Source: Octopus sinensis (Eukaryota). Taken from it: a DNA stretch of 64,000 bases. The stretch is taken from contig NC_043005.1 in NCBI RefSeq assembly GCF_006345805.1, positions 104,098,001 through 104,162,000 on the forward strand, given 5' to 3'. The position numbers were made by a program, and so were the translations under genes. This document shows positions 26,340-40,590 of the stretch, piece after piece; within the stretch, counting starts at the first letter, position 1, and the number at the start of each line of letters is the position of its first letter. The notes under the pieces were generated by a model. It was not told the DNA's origin. It did not search any database and saw only the letters and a program-made list of their open reading frames with translations.

Positions 26340-26793
26340 AAAAGGATGTGTTTATTAATTGACATGAGTATTCCTTAAGATCACAAAGTAGCGGCGAAAG
26401 AATTTGACAAGCTCAGTAAATATAAAGACTTGCTAATAGAAATTGAAAAAATGCATCATCTCATGGCGACTGCAGTACCAGTGATTGTAGGATCTCTAGG
26501 AATGATTAAAAAAGGCACTGAAACCTATTTGAAAATGATACCGGGCTTACCATCCCTACAGGAAGTGCAAAGAATCGTGTTAACTGGTCGGCTCATGTAC
26601 CAAGAAGAGCATTATCGCTGTGAAAATAACATCCATTCATGAATTTATTTATTTATTAATTTTTTAAATACATATTTTACCTGTGAATTTGCGTGTGTAA
26701 TCTGGTAATACATACAATGAGCTTCTCTGCCCTAGGTGTATGGAAAACACTCGGCGAGAAACGGAAGAAAATCTGAAGAAAGAAGGAAAAATG
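26340..26793 (+). mobile_element. 5'-truncated R4/Dong-clade non-LTR element (restriction-like endonuclease domain) in (TAA)n
   Basis: CLLIDMSIP*DHKVAAKEFDKLSKYKDLLIEIEKM...VPVIVGSLGMIKKG...LQEVQRIVLTG is the R4/Dong RLE C-terminus, flanked on both sides by (TAA)n. Confidence 0.85.
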
Positions 26794-26840
26794 ATAATAA
26801 TAATAATAATAATAAATAATAATAATAATAATAATAATAA

Positions 26841-27372
26841 CAATGCCCTGATGCTCTCGTGGCTTCTGATCTTAACTGATTGCAAGTACATTGTTTTGTC
26901 TTGGCATAAAAGATGTGCTACAGCAAATATTCTGCTCAATATCACAGATTTGCTTGTCAGTTGTTTGACCTTAACCAGTTGACCATGTCCCTTAGTGGCT
27001 GATGATATGTGCATCTCTGATCATGAGCAGAAGCAGTGGGGGAGCATCATAGCCATGTGTTGAGAGGAATTCTTTGGGGTTTGGATAATTCACCCATGGA
27101 AAGATGGGTGTTTCGTTCAACATCCTTAAACAAACCTTATTCAGGGACCTTTTGAGTGGGATGGGTTACTCGACCTGAAGAAAATTCTAACTGAGCCCCA
27201 CCTGTAAGGTCATGCGCTGTTTATCTTGATATGAGATCACCATGTCGTGCACAATTGGTTGTGATGCATGTGCCTGGTGTACCCTTATCAGACGGGTAGT
27301 CATGATAGGTATATTGAGCTTCGTATATTTTACCCCAGTGTCACTTTGATGGCATGAACTGCTCTCTCACTC
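26841..27372 (+). repeat. About 530-bp non-coding insert embedded in (TAA)n
   Basis: Complex sequence with sharp boundaries between two (AAT)n tracts and no ORF; looks like an interspersed repeat. Confidence 0.5.
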
Positions 27373-27383
27373 AATGATAATAC

Positions 27384-27434
<51 letters not shown>

Positions 27435-27457
27435 TAATAATAATATAATAATAATAA

Positions 27458-27538
<81 letters not shown>

Positions 27539-27554
27539 TAACGTCAATAATAAT

Positions 27555-27767
27555 AATCCTATCTACTGGAGGTACAAGGCCTGAAATTTGCAGGGAAGGG
27601 CCTAGTCGATTACATGGACCCCAGTGTTCCAGTGGTACTTAATTTATCGACCCCAAAAGGATGAAAAGCAAAGTCGACCTCGGCCCAATTTGAACTAAGA
27701 ACGTAAGGACGGATGAAATGCCATTAAGCATTTTGGTCGGTGTGCTTGCGGTTCTGCCGGCTCGCCG
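27555..27767 (-). mobile_element. SINE family B copy
   Basis: Reverse complement of 55122-55348. Further partial copies occur at about 9115-9153, 9990-10210, 22970-23108, 49361-49460 and 53245-53440. Confidence 0.75.
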
Positions 27768-28869
27768 CAATAATAATGCCAAAAAAGAAAATAAGAAAGG
27801 TAAGAAAAAGACAGAAAAGAACCAGAACATGACGTACATTTTAAGGATAAAAGAAAGTAGGAGTAGAAAGAGGAGATGGTAAAGAGCCAATGACATGCTC
27901 TACTTACATACAGATTATCTTGGAGCGATAGATAGGTGTGTAGCTTCATTTTGTCAATTGAATACTGGAATTTATGGTGTGGCAACAAGAGATTTAGATC
28001 TAATTAACTTCCATCTGGCGTCAATGAGGGGAGCCGGCGCACAAAAATGGGATGGTTATTATTTAGGGAAGATAATGTAACAAAAACTCACAGGAGGAAA
28101 CAAAGGCAAGAGAGAGGAAAGAAAAGGAAAAAGAAAAAGACAACAGACCAAAATACATCGTCACTTGTAAGATACATTTATATACACACACACATGTATG
28201 CGCACGCCGACACGCACACATAAAAAGAGAGACCTCCACAGACGTACGTATACACAGCGTATCCGTATATAGAAATAAGTATATGCACGCGCGCGCGCGC
28301 ACACACACACACACACACATACATGATATATCAGTAGGCTAGCATCACGTCGATCATGGTTCCAACAAGTAACTGGTTGGTTGTTTAGTCCGAAGGAACA
28401 TTTTATGTACTTATGATTAATAACATGCTTTCCTACTGAAACATATGTAGCACGCATTGAGCTACTATCGCCAGTCTTTATAATGTTATTATCTGCCTGT
28501 CTCTTGGTTTATATGTTCTATATTTATACTGTTGTTCGGATGTGAGGGAGAATGTACGTGAGAAGGGGGAGATGGAAAGTGAGAGTATGCGTGAGAGAGA
28601 GAGAGAGAGAGAGAGAAAGGGGAGGGCACCACGAGTTGCGTGATCCCCTCTTCAGATCCATTAGAATGAAATAACAAATGGTTATTGTGTCTGGTTGGCA
28701 TAATTCTTGATGTGAACGTATGCCTCTCAATACATTCTTTTTATAGGTGGTTCCGATAAGGTAGTTATCCGCCCCTGATTGGAACTCTCCCGTATGACAT
28801 GTACGCATGCTCAGTGACTTGCTTTTACTTTCGCGCACTAACGACTCACAGGCTGTATGACCGGTTAAT

Positions 28870-29073
28870 ATGTCTCCGAAGAAACCGTGCAAATACTGTT
28901 GTATATGCAACAATTATAGAGGGAAGAATGTAAATGGCAAAGTTATTTCACTTCATAGATACCCTGCAAGCGTCGCTATTTGTCGTAGTTGGCTTCAGAG
29001 ATCGGGACTTGTGAGGAAAGACTTTGTTTACACTACAAATAGCCATATTTGCTCCAAGCTTATACTTTTTTGA
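28870..29073 (+). pseudogene. Isolated THAP-type zinc-finger ORF, probably a DNA-transposon remnant
   Basis: CKYCCICNN...ISLHRYP...RSWLQR...RKDF...HICSKL follows the THAP pattern C-x2-C...P...W...C-x2-H, with the His lost. Confidence 0.65.
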
Positions 29074-30187
29074 CAGGACTGTGTTGGAGTGGGAGTCAGC
29101 GCGTGTATGCGAATATGGTTCAGTGGTATTACTTGTCTGGGGGATGGTACGGATCAAATAACACTGGTTCATCTTTACTCCGATAACTCCAAAAATGAAG
29201 AATTTGGGTACAGATGAACTTCAATCAGCCCCCCACCATGTAAATCACGTAATTCTGCACTCGCACAGGTGTGTCAAAAGAAGCTACAAAATAAGCGTGA
29301 GAGAAAAGGGGATTGTGTAATAAGATGGGAATGGAATGAAGGGTTAGATGGAGGTGAAGAAAGAAGAGGAGATAGACGGGAAGAGGATAAAGGATAGAAA
29401 ATGGAAAAAAGAAGAAAAGAGGATGATGAGGCTGATGAAGAAGGAGAGGAAGAAGTGAGCGAGTGGCAGTGGTGGTATAGATTTTATTAAATGTTATTCA
29501 TCATGTCTTTGTGCTTGTTTTTAGCATACTGTCAGAGTACTGGCGTGATTTTCTTATCACAGTATTCGTTCCAATAGGCCTCTATTCTTTCCTCTATACT
29601 CTTGATACTCTAGTTTCTACATTCACCGCTTCAATTCGTATATTTTTAAATGGTCAACTACATTTCTCGCTTAACATTTGATCCTACAATTCCTATTTGT
29701 AGCCCTATCAAAGGAGATATGTTCTTACTGGTAACCTAATTCATTTCCTTGCTTTCTCAGTTGCAAATGACTTTGAGAAACCTATCTGATTGACCGAGTA
29801 ACTGAATGATTAATCAGAAACTTAATTGGTTAAATAGTTAACCAATTACCAAATTAATAATAAAGAAGTGATATAGAACCAGTGCTTATGTGTAATATTG
29901 GCTTAATGGCACACATGCCGTTATATCAACTGGTTAATGTTCCAACAATGGCTTACTGGCATCAGAATATATGCATACTCACACATATATATATGTATAT
30001 GTATGCATTAGTATGTCTGTGTGTGTGTCTTTCTGCCTTGTTATCGTACTTCGTATTTTTTTTAGTATACACGTTTCGCGACGCCCTGTGCCCACATATG
30101 CATATATATAGACGTATAGATGGAAGTGTGTACGTATACGTATGTATATATGCATATATATATATATACTATTTATATCATTATATG

Positions 30188-30820
30188 ATTGAACGCCACG
30201 CATCCTCTTCCAAGATTTATCTTAATAATTCTGATGCGCACTCTATACGATCTTTTTACTCTTTCGTTTTTTTCTCTTTCTCTCTCTGATTCTTTTACCT
30301 CCTCTTCTCCCACTATTCTATCCTATTACTCTGTAAAACTCTCTCCCTCACTCCTCCTCCCTTGCTCACGTGGCTCCCACGTGACCATCGGCCATCTTTC
30401 TTTCTTCTAACTTGTGTGTCATTCTCTCCGTTGTAGCTGGAACAAGGAAGACGTGCTCTTGTTTGTCTCCTGCTCCTTCTTGATTTACGCGTTCGCCACC
30501 ACAACTTCATTTAGGCTTAGCAGCCCTTCCTGTTTATTTTCCCTGTCCTGTTTGTGTAACCTATTTTGACCCTCCACAAAATCCCAAATTTTATTTAATT
30601 TCTTGCGGCAGCATCTGTTTTATCGAAATCGTATCTTGTTAAATGCTCGAAATACGAGACCAGAAAAACACGCAACAACTGATGAAAGGGTGTTGTTTAC
30701 GTTGTTTGTTTTGTTTTCCATTTATGTATTTCGTTGATCGAAAGAATAGTCCATGTTCCATGTATTCGTGCTTCGTATTTTTTGTTGTACAACGTTTCGT
30801 GACGTCCTGTGCCCACATAA
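30188..30820 (+). repeat. Interspersed repeat homologous to 39971-40590
   Basis: Shared blocks attgaacg..acgc.tc, tttgaccctcca.aaat.c.aaattttattt, aatgctcgaaa and gtgacgtcctgt in the same order. Confidence 0.65.
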
Positions 30821-30874
30821 GTGTGTGTATATATATATATGTATATGTATGTATATGTATATGTATGTATATGT

Positions 30875-30983
<109 letters not shown>

Positions 30984-31665
30984 AGAGATGAAGTATGTAC
31001 ATATATGTATGCATACACGATATGTATATACATATATGTACTTATATAACATCTTAAAAATATCTTACACAATTTCAGTCTCTAATTATCTCACAATCAC
31101 TCTAATTATCTGTCTCCTACTCTACTAGTCTCTGTATTAATGCTCCCCCACCGCATCCCACCACCGCCGCCACACCTTTTACCTTCCCTCTTCAACTACC
31201 AAGGAACTTAACAAACGAGAACAAACAAAGCTCTAAGGTCTGGACCTTTGAGTTTTCTTCAGCTGACACCTATCTTACATTTGTCCCCTTCGATCTCTTG
31301 TTGACGCCCCCCCCCACCAACTACTTTAATCCCAGTTCTGACATCTCTTCCTCACTCACTCACTCATTCACTCACTCATTCCCTCACTCACTCACTCACT
31401 CACTCACTCACTCACTCACTTCTTCTTCTTTTCCCACATCATTCTCATCATTATCTTTTCTTCTTTTTCCATTCCCTATCCTTTACAATCTTCCCACCTG
31501 TCTCCTGTTCTCTCTTCACTTTCATCTGACCCCTCATCACACCCCAATTTATTACACCGTCTCCTTTTCTCCAACTCTCATTTTGTAACTCCCTTTCTTT
31601 TCATCTCTGTTTCTCTGTTTCTCTCTCTCTCTCTCTCTCTATCTATATATCTATCTATCTGTCTG

Positions 31666-31885
<220 letters not shown>

Positions 31886-31892
31886 TTATCTA

Positions 31893-31923
<31 letters not shown>

Positions 31924-32217
31924 TGTTCTCTCTATATTCCTCTTCCTTCTCAAAGTTGCTCTCTTCCTCTTCCTACAGCCCATCGTTCCGCTTCACTTTC
32001 AAGTTATCATTCTCCCCCTCTCTGCCACCACTTTCTACTACTCTCTTACTTTCTCTTTCTCTCTCTCTCTTTCGCTCACTCGCTAGCTCCCATTTTGTCT
32101 CCGTTGCAACATTTCTCTCTCTCTCTCTCTCTACTCTTTCTTTCTCTCCGTCTCTCATTCTGTCTACGTCGCCATCATTTTCTCTCTATCGTCATCTCGC
32201 ATACTGTCTCCGCTGCT

Positions 32218-32264
<47 letters not shown>

Positions 32265-32464
32265 GCCATCGTCTTTGTTTCTCCTCCGATATTTCTCTTC
32301 TACTCTCTTCTCCTCCATCTCCCCCACCTTTCCCTCTTCTCATTTACGTCTTTCTCTCCTCTCTCTCCTTACACCTTCAACCTGACCTTCCCTATCTGCT
32401 CTCTGCTTCATCCATTCATCTCTCTCTTCACATTCACAATCTTTTCTACTTCTCAGTCTCTCGG

Positions 32465-32495
<31 letters not shown>

Positions 32496-33016
32496 TCTTT
32501 CCACTCCTCACCTTCTCTCTCTCTCTTTCTTCCACGTAACATTTCTCTCTCTTTCTTCCTCTCAACATTTCTCCCTCTCTCCCCACGGTGAGCTTTTATC
32601 ACCAATAATCATGTAGACGTTTAATAAAGACGTGTTGTTAAACCATCGTTTTCACACCGCTTTCATTCAGTCTGGGGAACAGCTGACCGTTTTGGTAACA
32701 TTGATGGTTCCTCTCAGACCAACAACAACCAATCAACATTCTTCTGGCTTTGTCATCCAATCAAATCAGAATCACACGATTTATTTACTTCATTCTGTTG
32801 TTATAGTTATCATCGTTGTTTTTGTTTGTATTTCTTTTCCTGCAGGCGAATGCGAATATATATCCCAAGTGGAGACGAAAGGGCGGTAATGACGGCTTGC
32901 TCATACAACGGCCATGATACACACACACAGACACAGATGCACACACAAACACCATACAGCACACACACACACACACACACACACATAAACGTCAGCTCAC
33001 ACACATACACGCTCGA

Positions 33017-33056
<40 letters not shown>

Positions 33057-33447
33057 ACATATATACATACACTCACATATACATACTCGCATGCACATTC
33101 ACACATATGCAGATATATATTCCCAATTTGCTACAGTCACACAGTTGTTCATATGCATGCATACACACACATAAACACGTGTATACGGACATGTGCACAC
33201 ACACACACACATCTATGCATGTACACTTCAACACACACACTTGCCTACATACACACCACGCACAGTCGTGCTCGTACACACACACACACACACACACTAA
33301 TGCAGACACGCATTTACACCTGACAAATAGATATACTCTCGCATACACCTACACATTAACATATAGACCTCCCGTACATACCGTCACACATATACACACA
33401 ATTACGTATATATCCCCTCACACACTCAAGGATATACATTCACACAC

Positions 33448-33493
<46 letters not shown>

Positions 33494-34001
33494 TACATCT
33501 TCCGCACACATCCACACAAAGTGTAAAGTGACGGTGGAATCGTTTATTTCAGCGATATCGCTTACGCCATTCTTTATTCATTTATTCCTTTCATTCTCTC
33601 ATTCTCTTAATCGCTCACTCATTCATTCAGTCGTTTGTACAAGTGGCTCTACAATGGATTGTCTGCAAGCCATAGTAAAATTAGTGTTTCTACTGTTGGT
33701 ATTCAAGGGTGCCTTTTAGAGATTTACGGAATAGCGGAATAATAGAAATGGTTTTTGGCTACGTCCAAGGTTTTGGCATTAACTACGACAGTTAATGTTA
33801 CGCGGAGAGAATAAGAATGGATTAGACGTCTCACCTCTCACACTTGTTTACTTAGAGTTATATAATACACTGTTGTTATTGTTACTGCTGGTGTTGTTGT
33901 TGTTGTTGTTTCAATTAGCATTTGCCTTCAACCGCTTTCACCGCCTTCCTTCTCCTTTGCATACGTTTCTAACAATCTCTCTCACTCTGTTTATCTATCT
34001 A

Positions 34002-34649
34002 CTTGTGGCTATGGCGAAAGAATGTATCTGGTGGACGCGTCTGAAAGGATTAGAGACAAACACTTTCCTCTCTGGTCAATCTCTCATCAACTTCTTCAAG
34101 TATCACTTGAAGAAAAAAGTGAGAGTAGAGAGGCAAGTTTTGTCTAGTGAATGTTTTAAAAAAAGATGGGTGAATGTAGCAAGAATGGCACGTATGAATG
34201 ACGAAGCCACCTTGACTATGATTCTATGAACCGTAAAAATTAATACAGAGAGTTGCTTATTTGCAAAAAAAAAAAAAAGAAATATAACATGTGACTTCAT
34301 TGACCGAGGTTACCGTGGTCTTTTCCGTAGGCTTTTCTTTCCACGGGTAAACCTCACCTGTCCCCCCCCTTTACACTTCATATTGACATTTCTGTGATAA
34401 CGATCCCTATTGATCAATTTTTTTCCTCTCCCCCTTTTTTTTAACCCCCCCCTTTTTTTTTTGTCCTCTTTCTCTCCTTTTACGATCCCTTTTGATCGAC
34501 CCCCCCTTTTTTATTTTATTTTATTTTTTTCTTATTTTTTATTTTTTTTTATTTTTTATTTTTTATTTTTTTTAAACCTTCAAAAAAAGCTCTACTACCT
34601 TGTAATTTGTTCTATCTGTGTGCAGCCCTGTGTGGCTAATAAAGAAACA
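34002..34649 (+). mobile_element. 5'-truncated Tx1/L1-like LINE 3' end
   Basis: VAMAKECIWWTRLKG...FFKYHLKKKVRVER...FKKRW resembles the AK..IW..R...F...W end of Tx1 ORF2. A pyrimidine-rich 3' UTR and AATAAA at 34638 precede a (TCTA)n tract. Confidence 0.7.
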
Positions 34650-35068
<419 letters not shown>

Positions 35069-35098
35069 GCTACTCAATCTCTCCTTTTTTCCTTATTT

Positions 35099-35140
<42 letters not shown>

Positions 35141-35256
35141 TCTCTGTGTATGCTTCTCCCTTCCCTTCTCTTTCTCTTCTGCTCTCTTTCTCTATTTACC
35201 CGTTGTCTGTGACTATCAGTTTGAATTCTTTAATCAGGATAGCTATGTCTTGCCCG

Positions 35257-35303
<47 letters not shown>

Positions 35304-35412
35304 TTTTTCCTCCTTCCCTCGTTCCTTCCTTCCTTTCTTGTATTCTTTAGTATAGCATTATCTCCGACTTTTCGGGAGATAACACTATACTAAACTGTAT
35401 GTGTGTGTGTGC

Positions 35413-35483
<71 letters not shown>

Positions 35484-35484
<1 letters not shown>

Positions 35485-35765
35485 GGCTTGTCCCTTGCAA
35501 CCTCCTCCAGTTGATCATCCCTAATTTTGCGGGCTCATAAGTGCTGGTGCCACGTAGAAAGCACCGGTACCTGTGATGCGCAAAAGCACCCAATACATTC
35601 TGTAAAGCAGTTGGCGTTAGGAAGGGAATCCAAGCGAAGAAACCGTACCAAAACAGACATGGAGCCTGAACAGACCTTCAGCTGGTCAGTTTCTGTCAAA
35701 CCGTCCAACCCATGCCAGCATGGAAAACGGGCGTTAACTGATGATGATGATGATGATGATGATGA
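35484..35765 (+). mobile_element. RTE-type 3' UTR/tail ending in (GAT)n
   Basis: gttggcgttaggaagggaatcc...cccatgccagcatggaaaacgggcgttaactgatgatgat. An inverted partial copy lies at about 41783-41990. Confidence 0.6.
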
Positions 35766-36150
35766 TATACATATATGTAAGGGAGATCGGGAAAAAACAC
35801 TTTAAAATACACTAATTTGCATATTCTATTTTCGTGCCTTTACTCATCTTTGTTTATGGCCAATGATGGATAATGGGAGAAAAGTTACAATCGCAACGAC
35901 AATTGGCCGACATGTGGTTTCTCCAAAGAATCTCTGGAATTACGTTACCCGATAGGATGCGTAGATCTGAGATCATGGAATCTTTCCAAGCCGAGCTACC
36001 ATTTCTCTTCATTTAGTAATCACAATTCCTGTACTACGGATATCTGATTGGAATGTCGCATGATTAGATCGCCAGACGGATTCTTCAAGCAAAGCCAAAC
36101 GACAGATACTAGAGGTAGAATAAGAGCGATATGTTTGGATTATATCTATA

Positions 36151-36594
36151 GGCGTAGGAGTGGCTGTGTTCCGGGTTCAGTCGCACTGCGTGGCACCTTG
36201 GACAAGTGTCTTCTACTATAGCTCCGGGCCAACCAAAGCCTTGTGAGTGGAGTTGGTAGACGGAAATTGAAAGAAGCCTGTCGTGTATATGTGTGTGTGT
36301 GTGTGTTTGCGTGTGTTTGTATATGTATATATGTATGTATGTGTGTGTATATGTATATATGTATGTATGTGTGTGTATATGTTTGTGTGTCTGTATTTGT
36401 CCCCCAAACATCGCTTGACAACCGATGCTAGTGTGTTTACGTCCCCGTAACTTAGCGGTTCGGCAAAAGAGACCGATAGAATAAGTACTAGGCTTACAAA
36501 GAATAAGTCCTGGGGTCGACTTGCTCGACTAAAGGCGGTGCTCCAGCATGGCCGCAGTCAAATGACTGAAACAAGTAAAAGAGTAAAAAAGAGT
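36151..36594 (+). mobile_element. SINE family A copy
   Basis: Homologous to 9219-9656 with a deletion in the tRNA head. Confidence 0.85.
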
Positions 36595-37384
36595 CTCAGT
36601 TGGTCACGTCTGGAAATCTCGCGAGCAAATCTAATGAGCGTTGTTTCTGCTAGGAACCCTATGGAGAAGGTGTCTAACGACTCTACTCCCATGACTCTCC
36701 CCAAAATAGTGGGCAGCACACACACACACATTACAGCACAGAAGTGTATCAGCAGTAGATGAAAACCCGTTCGGCAGCGGCGGTTGGATTGCTAAATCAA
36801 GATTTCTCTGTCTGCATATCATAAGTAGTAAGTATCCATAAGCAATCGCTTGTTTTGACAAATTTAGCTTCATCTGATATATTACAAATTTGTTCAGCAA
36901 GAAGGGACTGTAACCAGGGCCGCACTTATCGTCCATTTTGAAGAAGCCACGGCTATAACAAAGACATGAACAAGATTTGAATTCTTGAGGAGGAAATACT
37001 GGCGATACTGTTCAGTGTGGAGTTTGGATATGATAGATCAACAAAACTTTGAATAGCAAAGGTTATCGTTGAAGGAGTAGATAAAATACAGAAAAAACAG
37101 TGCGTTTCACTGGGTTTGTGAGAGAACTTGCAGCAGTTAGCTGAGCGGCCTTTGACCAGATGCGGCCGAGGATGTCTCAGTGAAGAAGAAAAGGACTGTC
37201 TTTCGATTTGGGAGGAGTTCTTTTGAGAAAATTACACCCGAACTTTGTAGCAGGTTATCAACTGATCGGGGCTTAATTATTTACAGGTACTGTTGGAAAA
37301 AAAAGTCTGAAATCTTGGTGCAGTCTTCGTGAAGTTAAGGATGTGCCTTGGTCGGGAGAGATCCGCAGTGATTATGATGTTTAC

Positions 37385-37607
37385 GAAATCAGGACAATTT
37401 CCCCCACACCTCTTAGGAAAATTCCCTCCCCCCCATAGGACAATTCCCCACGACGACAACTAACCCCTAAGACAATTACCCTTCTTGGTTAATTACTCCC
37501 TCTCCAATATATTAAGAAGTTTTAAATCATCATCTGTTGTCCTCAGGAGTTATTGTCCTTGGGGGATTATTGTCCATGGGGGAGGGGGGTAAATGTCCAA
37601 GACTCGA
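37385..37607. mobile_element. MITE-like element with inverted arrays of GGACAAT-CCCC motifs
   Basis: Left arm: ggacaatttccccc, ggaaaattccctcc, ggacaattcccc, gacaattaccc. Right arm: ggagttattgtcc, gggggattattgtcc, gggggtaaatgtcc. Confidence 0.55.
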
Positions 37608-38013
37608 TATCTAAAACTTCGAATGATCGTTCGGGCGATGTTTTGAGTTTTATGTTGCTTATCTTTAAGCGGGATAAAGGGTATATTTATTCGAATGTGC
37701 TATGATTTATGCACGTGAGTGTGAGAGAGTGTGCATATATGTGTCGATGTGTGTGTACTGCGTGTGAACGTGTGTGAACATGAATGAGATACGCTGTAGT
37801 GAGATGACAAAAATGAGGATAAAGATAAAATAAGAAAAGCCGAAAATGTGAACAAATTTCTTATTTTAGAAAATTTCTTTGAAAATCTAGAATCTCAAAA
37901 GAAACATCTCAAAACAATCGTTTAAAGAAAATATTTCAAGAAGTTTAAAAATCACTCAAATTTTCTAGAACAATTAAAAAAGTCTCTCCACAAATCAGAC
38001 GCCACATGTAGGT

Positions 38014-38088
<75 letters not shown>

Positions 38089-38094
38089 CTCTCC

Positions 38095-38127
<33 letters not shown>

Positions 38128-38530
38128 ATATATATATATATAGCGACATACCTGTCTGTCTATTTGGCCATTTATCTCGTACATCAATGAATATTTTGAA
38201 ACCCCTGCAACTTTTGAAACACATATTCAGAACATTTAAAACTTTTAAAACTTTAAAACTACAAAACTCTGAAGCATTTGGAAAGGTTTTTGAGATTCTT
38301 TAAGACTTTTTGTGAGATTTTTTTACGATTTTTCGAATTGTAGAAATCTTATGGAAAGTTTTTGAATCTTTTAAAGAATTTTCTTTAAACGCATTTTGAT
38401 ACTTTTTAAAATAATTTATAAGGAATTTGCAAAAAGAAAAAAGCTTCCACCTTTTCATGTCTTATGTTTGACTTTTAACTTTCTAAAAATTTATTCAGTT
38501 ACAGTAGTTCACACACCTCCTTTATCTTCT

Positions 38531-38571
<41 letters not shown>

Positions 38572-38674
38572 GTACATCAAAAGGTTGTGCTATAATACTA
38601 TTCCACATATACAAAAACAGTCATAATAACAATCCAACATACCTCCATCAGCAGATATATATATATATATGTAT

Positions 38675-38741
<67 letters not shown>

Positions 38742-38892
38742 GTATATATATATATATATAATATATATACGTATGTATGAATAATTGCTTATGTACTCCT
38801 CCTTTAGCTTCCTAATCACACCCCCTACTATGGCATTACCCTGTTATGTATCGTACTATTATTAATACACACACGCACACGCACATATATAT

Positions 38893-39262
38893 TCTTTTAC
38901 TCATTTACTTGTTTCAGTCATGTGGCTGCTGCCATGCTGGAGCACCGCTTTTAGTCGAACAAATCGAGCCCATGATTTATTCTTTGTAAGCCTAGTACTT
39001 ACTCTATTGGTACCTTTTGCCAAATCGCAAAGTTACGGGGACGTAAACACACCAGCATCGGTTGTCAAGCAATGATGGGTATGACAAATACAGACACATG
39101 AATACATACGACGGGCTTCTCTCAGTGTCCGACTACCAAATCTACTCACAAGGCTTCGGTCGGCCCGCGGCTATAGTAGGAGACAGTTGCCCAATGTGCC
39201 GCGCAATGGGACTGAACCCGGAACCATGCGGTTGGAAAGCAAGCTTCTTACCACTCAGACAC
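38893..39262 (-). mobile_element. SINE family A copy
   Basis: Reverse complement of 9219-9656, more diverged. Confidence 0.8.
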
Positions 39263-39279
39263 TATATGAGGGTCTTTAA

Positions 39280-39665
39280 CTGACAGTCATCGAGGATTGA
39301 TTGGCGTCCACTACGCTCACGATCTTCAAGGCTCAGGTCTCTACTGCAAAATCATTTAAACCATTTTCGAGCTGACCTCTCACTGGTCATTTTCTCACGA
39401 AACGATTCGCTGATATCGCGAGCAGGTTCAGCTGCTTTACGTGCCTTTTTGAAGTTGAATAATAAAACTGTTCGTATATCGCGCTATGACAGTTCCAGTG
39501 GTAAAAATATCAATGGTAATTTATTGATGCATTTGGGCAAGTCTATGTCTGTATTATCCGACAATAGCAAAGAAATAAACGTTTAAAAGGACTCAAAACT
39601 CTGCAAAATTCCGGTACAAATTCTTCGTGATTCAAAACACTTCTTACGTTTTATTCAACCTGATA
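39280..39665 (-). mobile_element. Decayed mariner 5' end (TIR and N-terminal HTH)
   Basis: Minus frame RDIRTVLLFNFKKARKAAEPARDISESF...SERSARKWFK*FCSRDLSLEDRERSGRQ is a Mos1-type HTH. The end reads TA-tcaggttgaataaaac on the minus strand. Confidence 0.75.
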
Positions 39666-39755
39666 CACGTTTTTCCAATTCGGGTGCATTTTTGTAAACA
39701 AAAACAAGTTCTCATATATGTATATATATATATATATATACACATAGATACATAT

Positions 39756-39787
<32 letters not shown>

Positions 39788-39836
39788 ATATATATATACA
39801 TATAGATACATATATCATATAATATATATATATATA

Positions 39837-39877
<41 letters not shown>

Positions 39878-39970
39878 AAGAGAGATACGCACACACACAC
39901 ACACACACACACACTATATATATATATATATATATATAACAACATATATATCATTTATTATTATTATTTA

Positions 39971-40590
39971 ATTGAACGGTACGCTTCATTTCCAACTAAG
40001 TTTACCTCCACCGTGTTGATGCGTCTCTATACTGCTTTCTTCCTCCATCCTTCTCTAATCCCCTTTTCCTCCCCTCCCTCTTTCACCGTCTTCTGTCTGT
40101 CTGTCCACCCGCCTCTTTCTCTTTTTCTCTCTCTTGTTGCTCACACTTGACCATAGTCCATCTTTCCTTTCCTCACTTGACCATCTTTCTTTTCCTGCAC
40201 GGACGTTCAAAGGACTAGACGCTTTTTCTCTCCAATCTTTTCTTTTTTCAAAGAGAATATTTCTCCCAGCCTTCACAATTTTCCTTTAGTTCTAGTCTAA
40301 CAACCCTCTATGTTTGTTTCCGTTCGTTTTCCTTGCATGTCTCCCACTGTCCTGTTTTGTTTCCGACTTTGACCCTCCATAAATACTAAATTTTATTTTA
40401 GAATTTATGGGAGCAACTGTGTTTGAATAGTCATATTGTTGTTGAATGCTCGAAACGAAGAGTAGGTAGACAGCCGACAACTTTGTGTTTACTTGTCCTG
40501 TTTTCCAGTTTTTACTCTCGTTGTTTACGTATTAACAGGTTTGTCTACATATTTCATGTTGTTTACACAGTTGGTGACGTCCTGTACCAT
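39971..40590 (+). repeat. Interspersed repeat homologous to 30188-30820
   Basis: Shares the same ordered blocks as 30188-30820. Confidence 0.65.
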
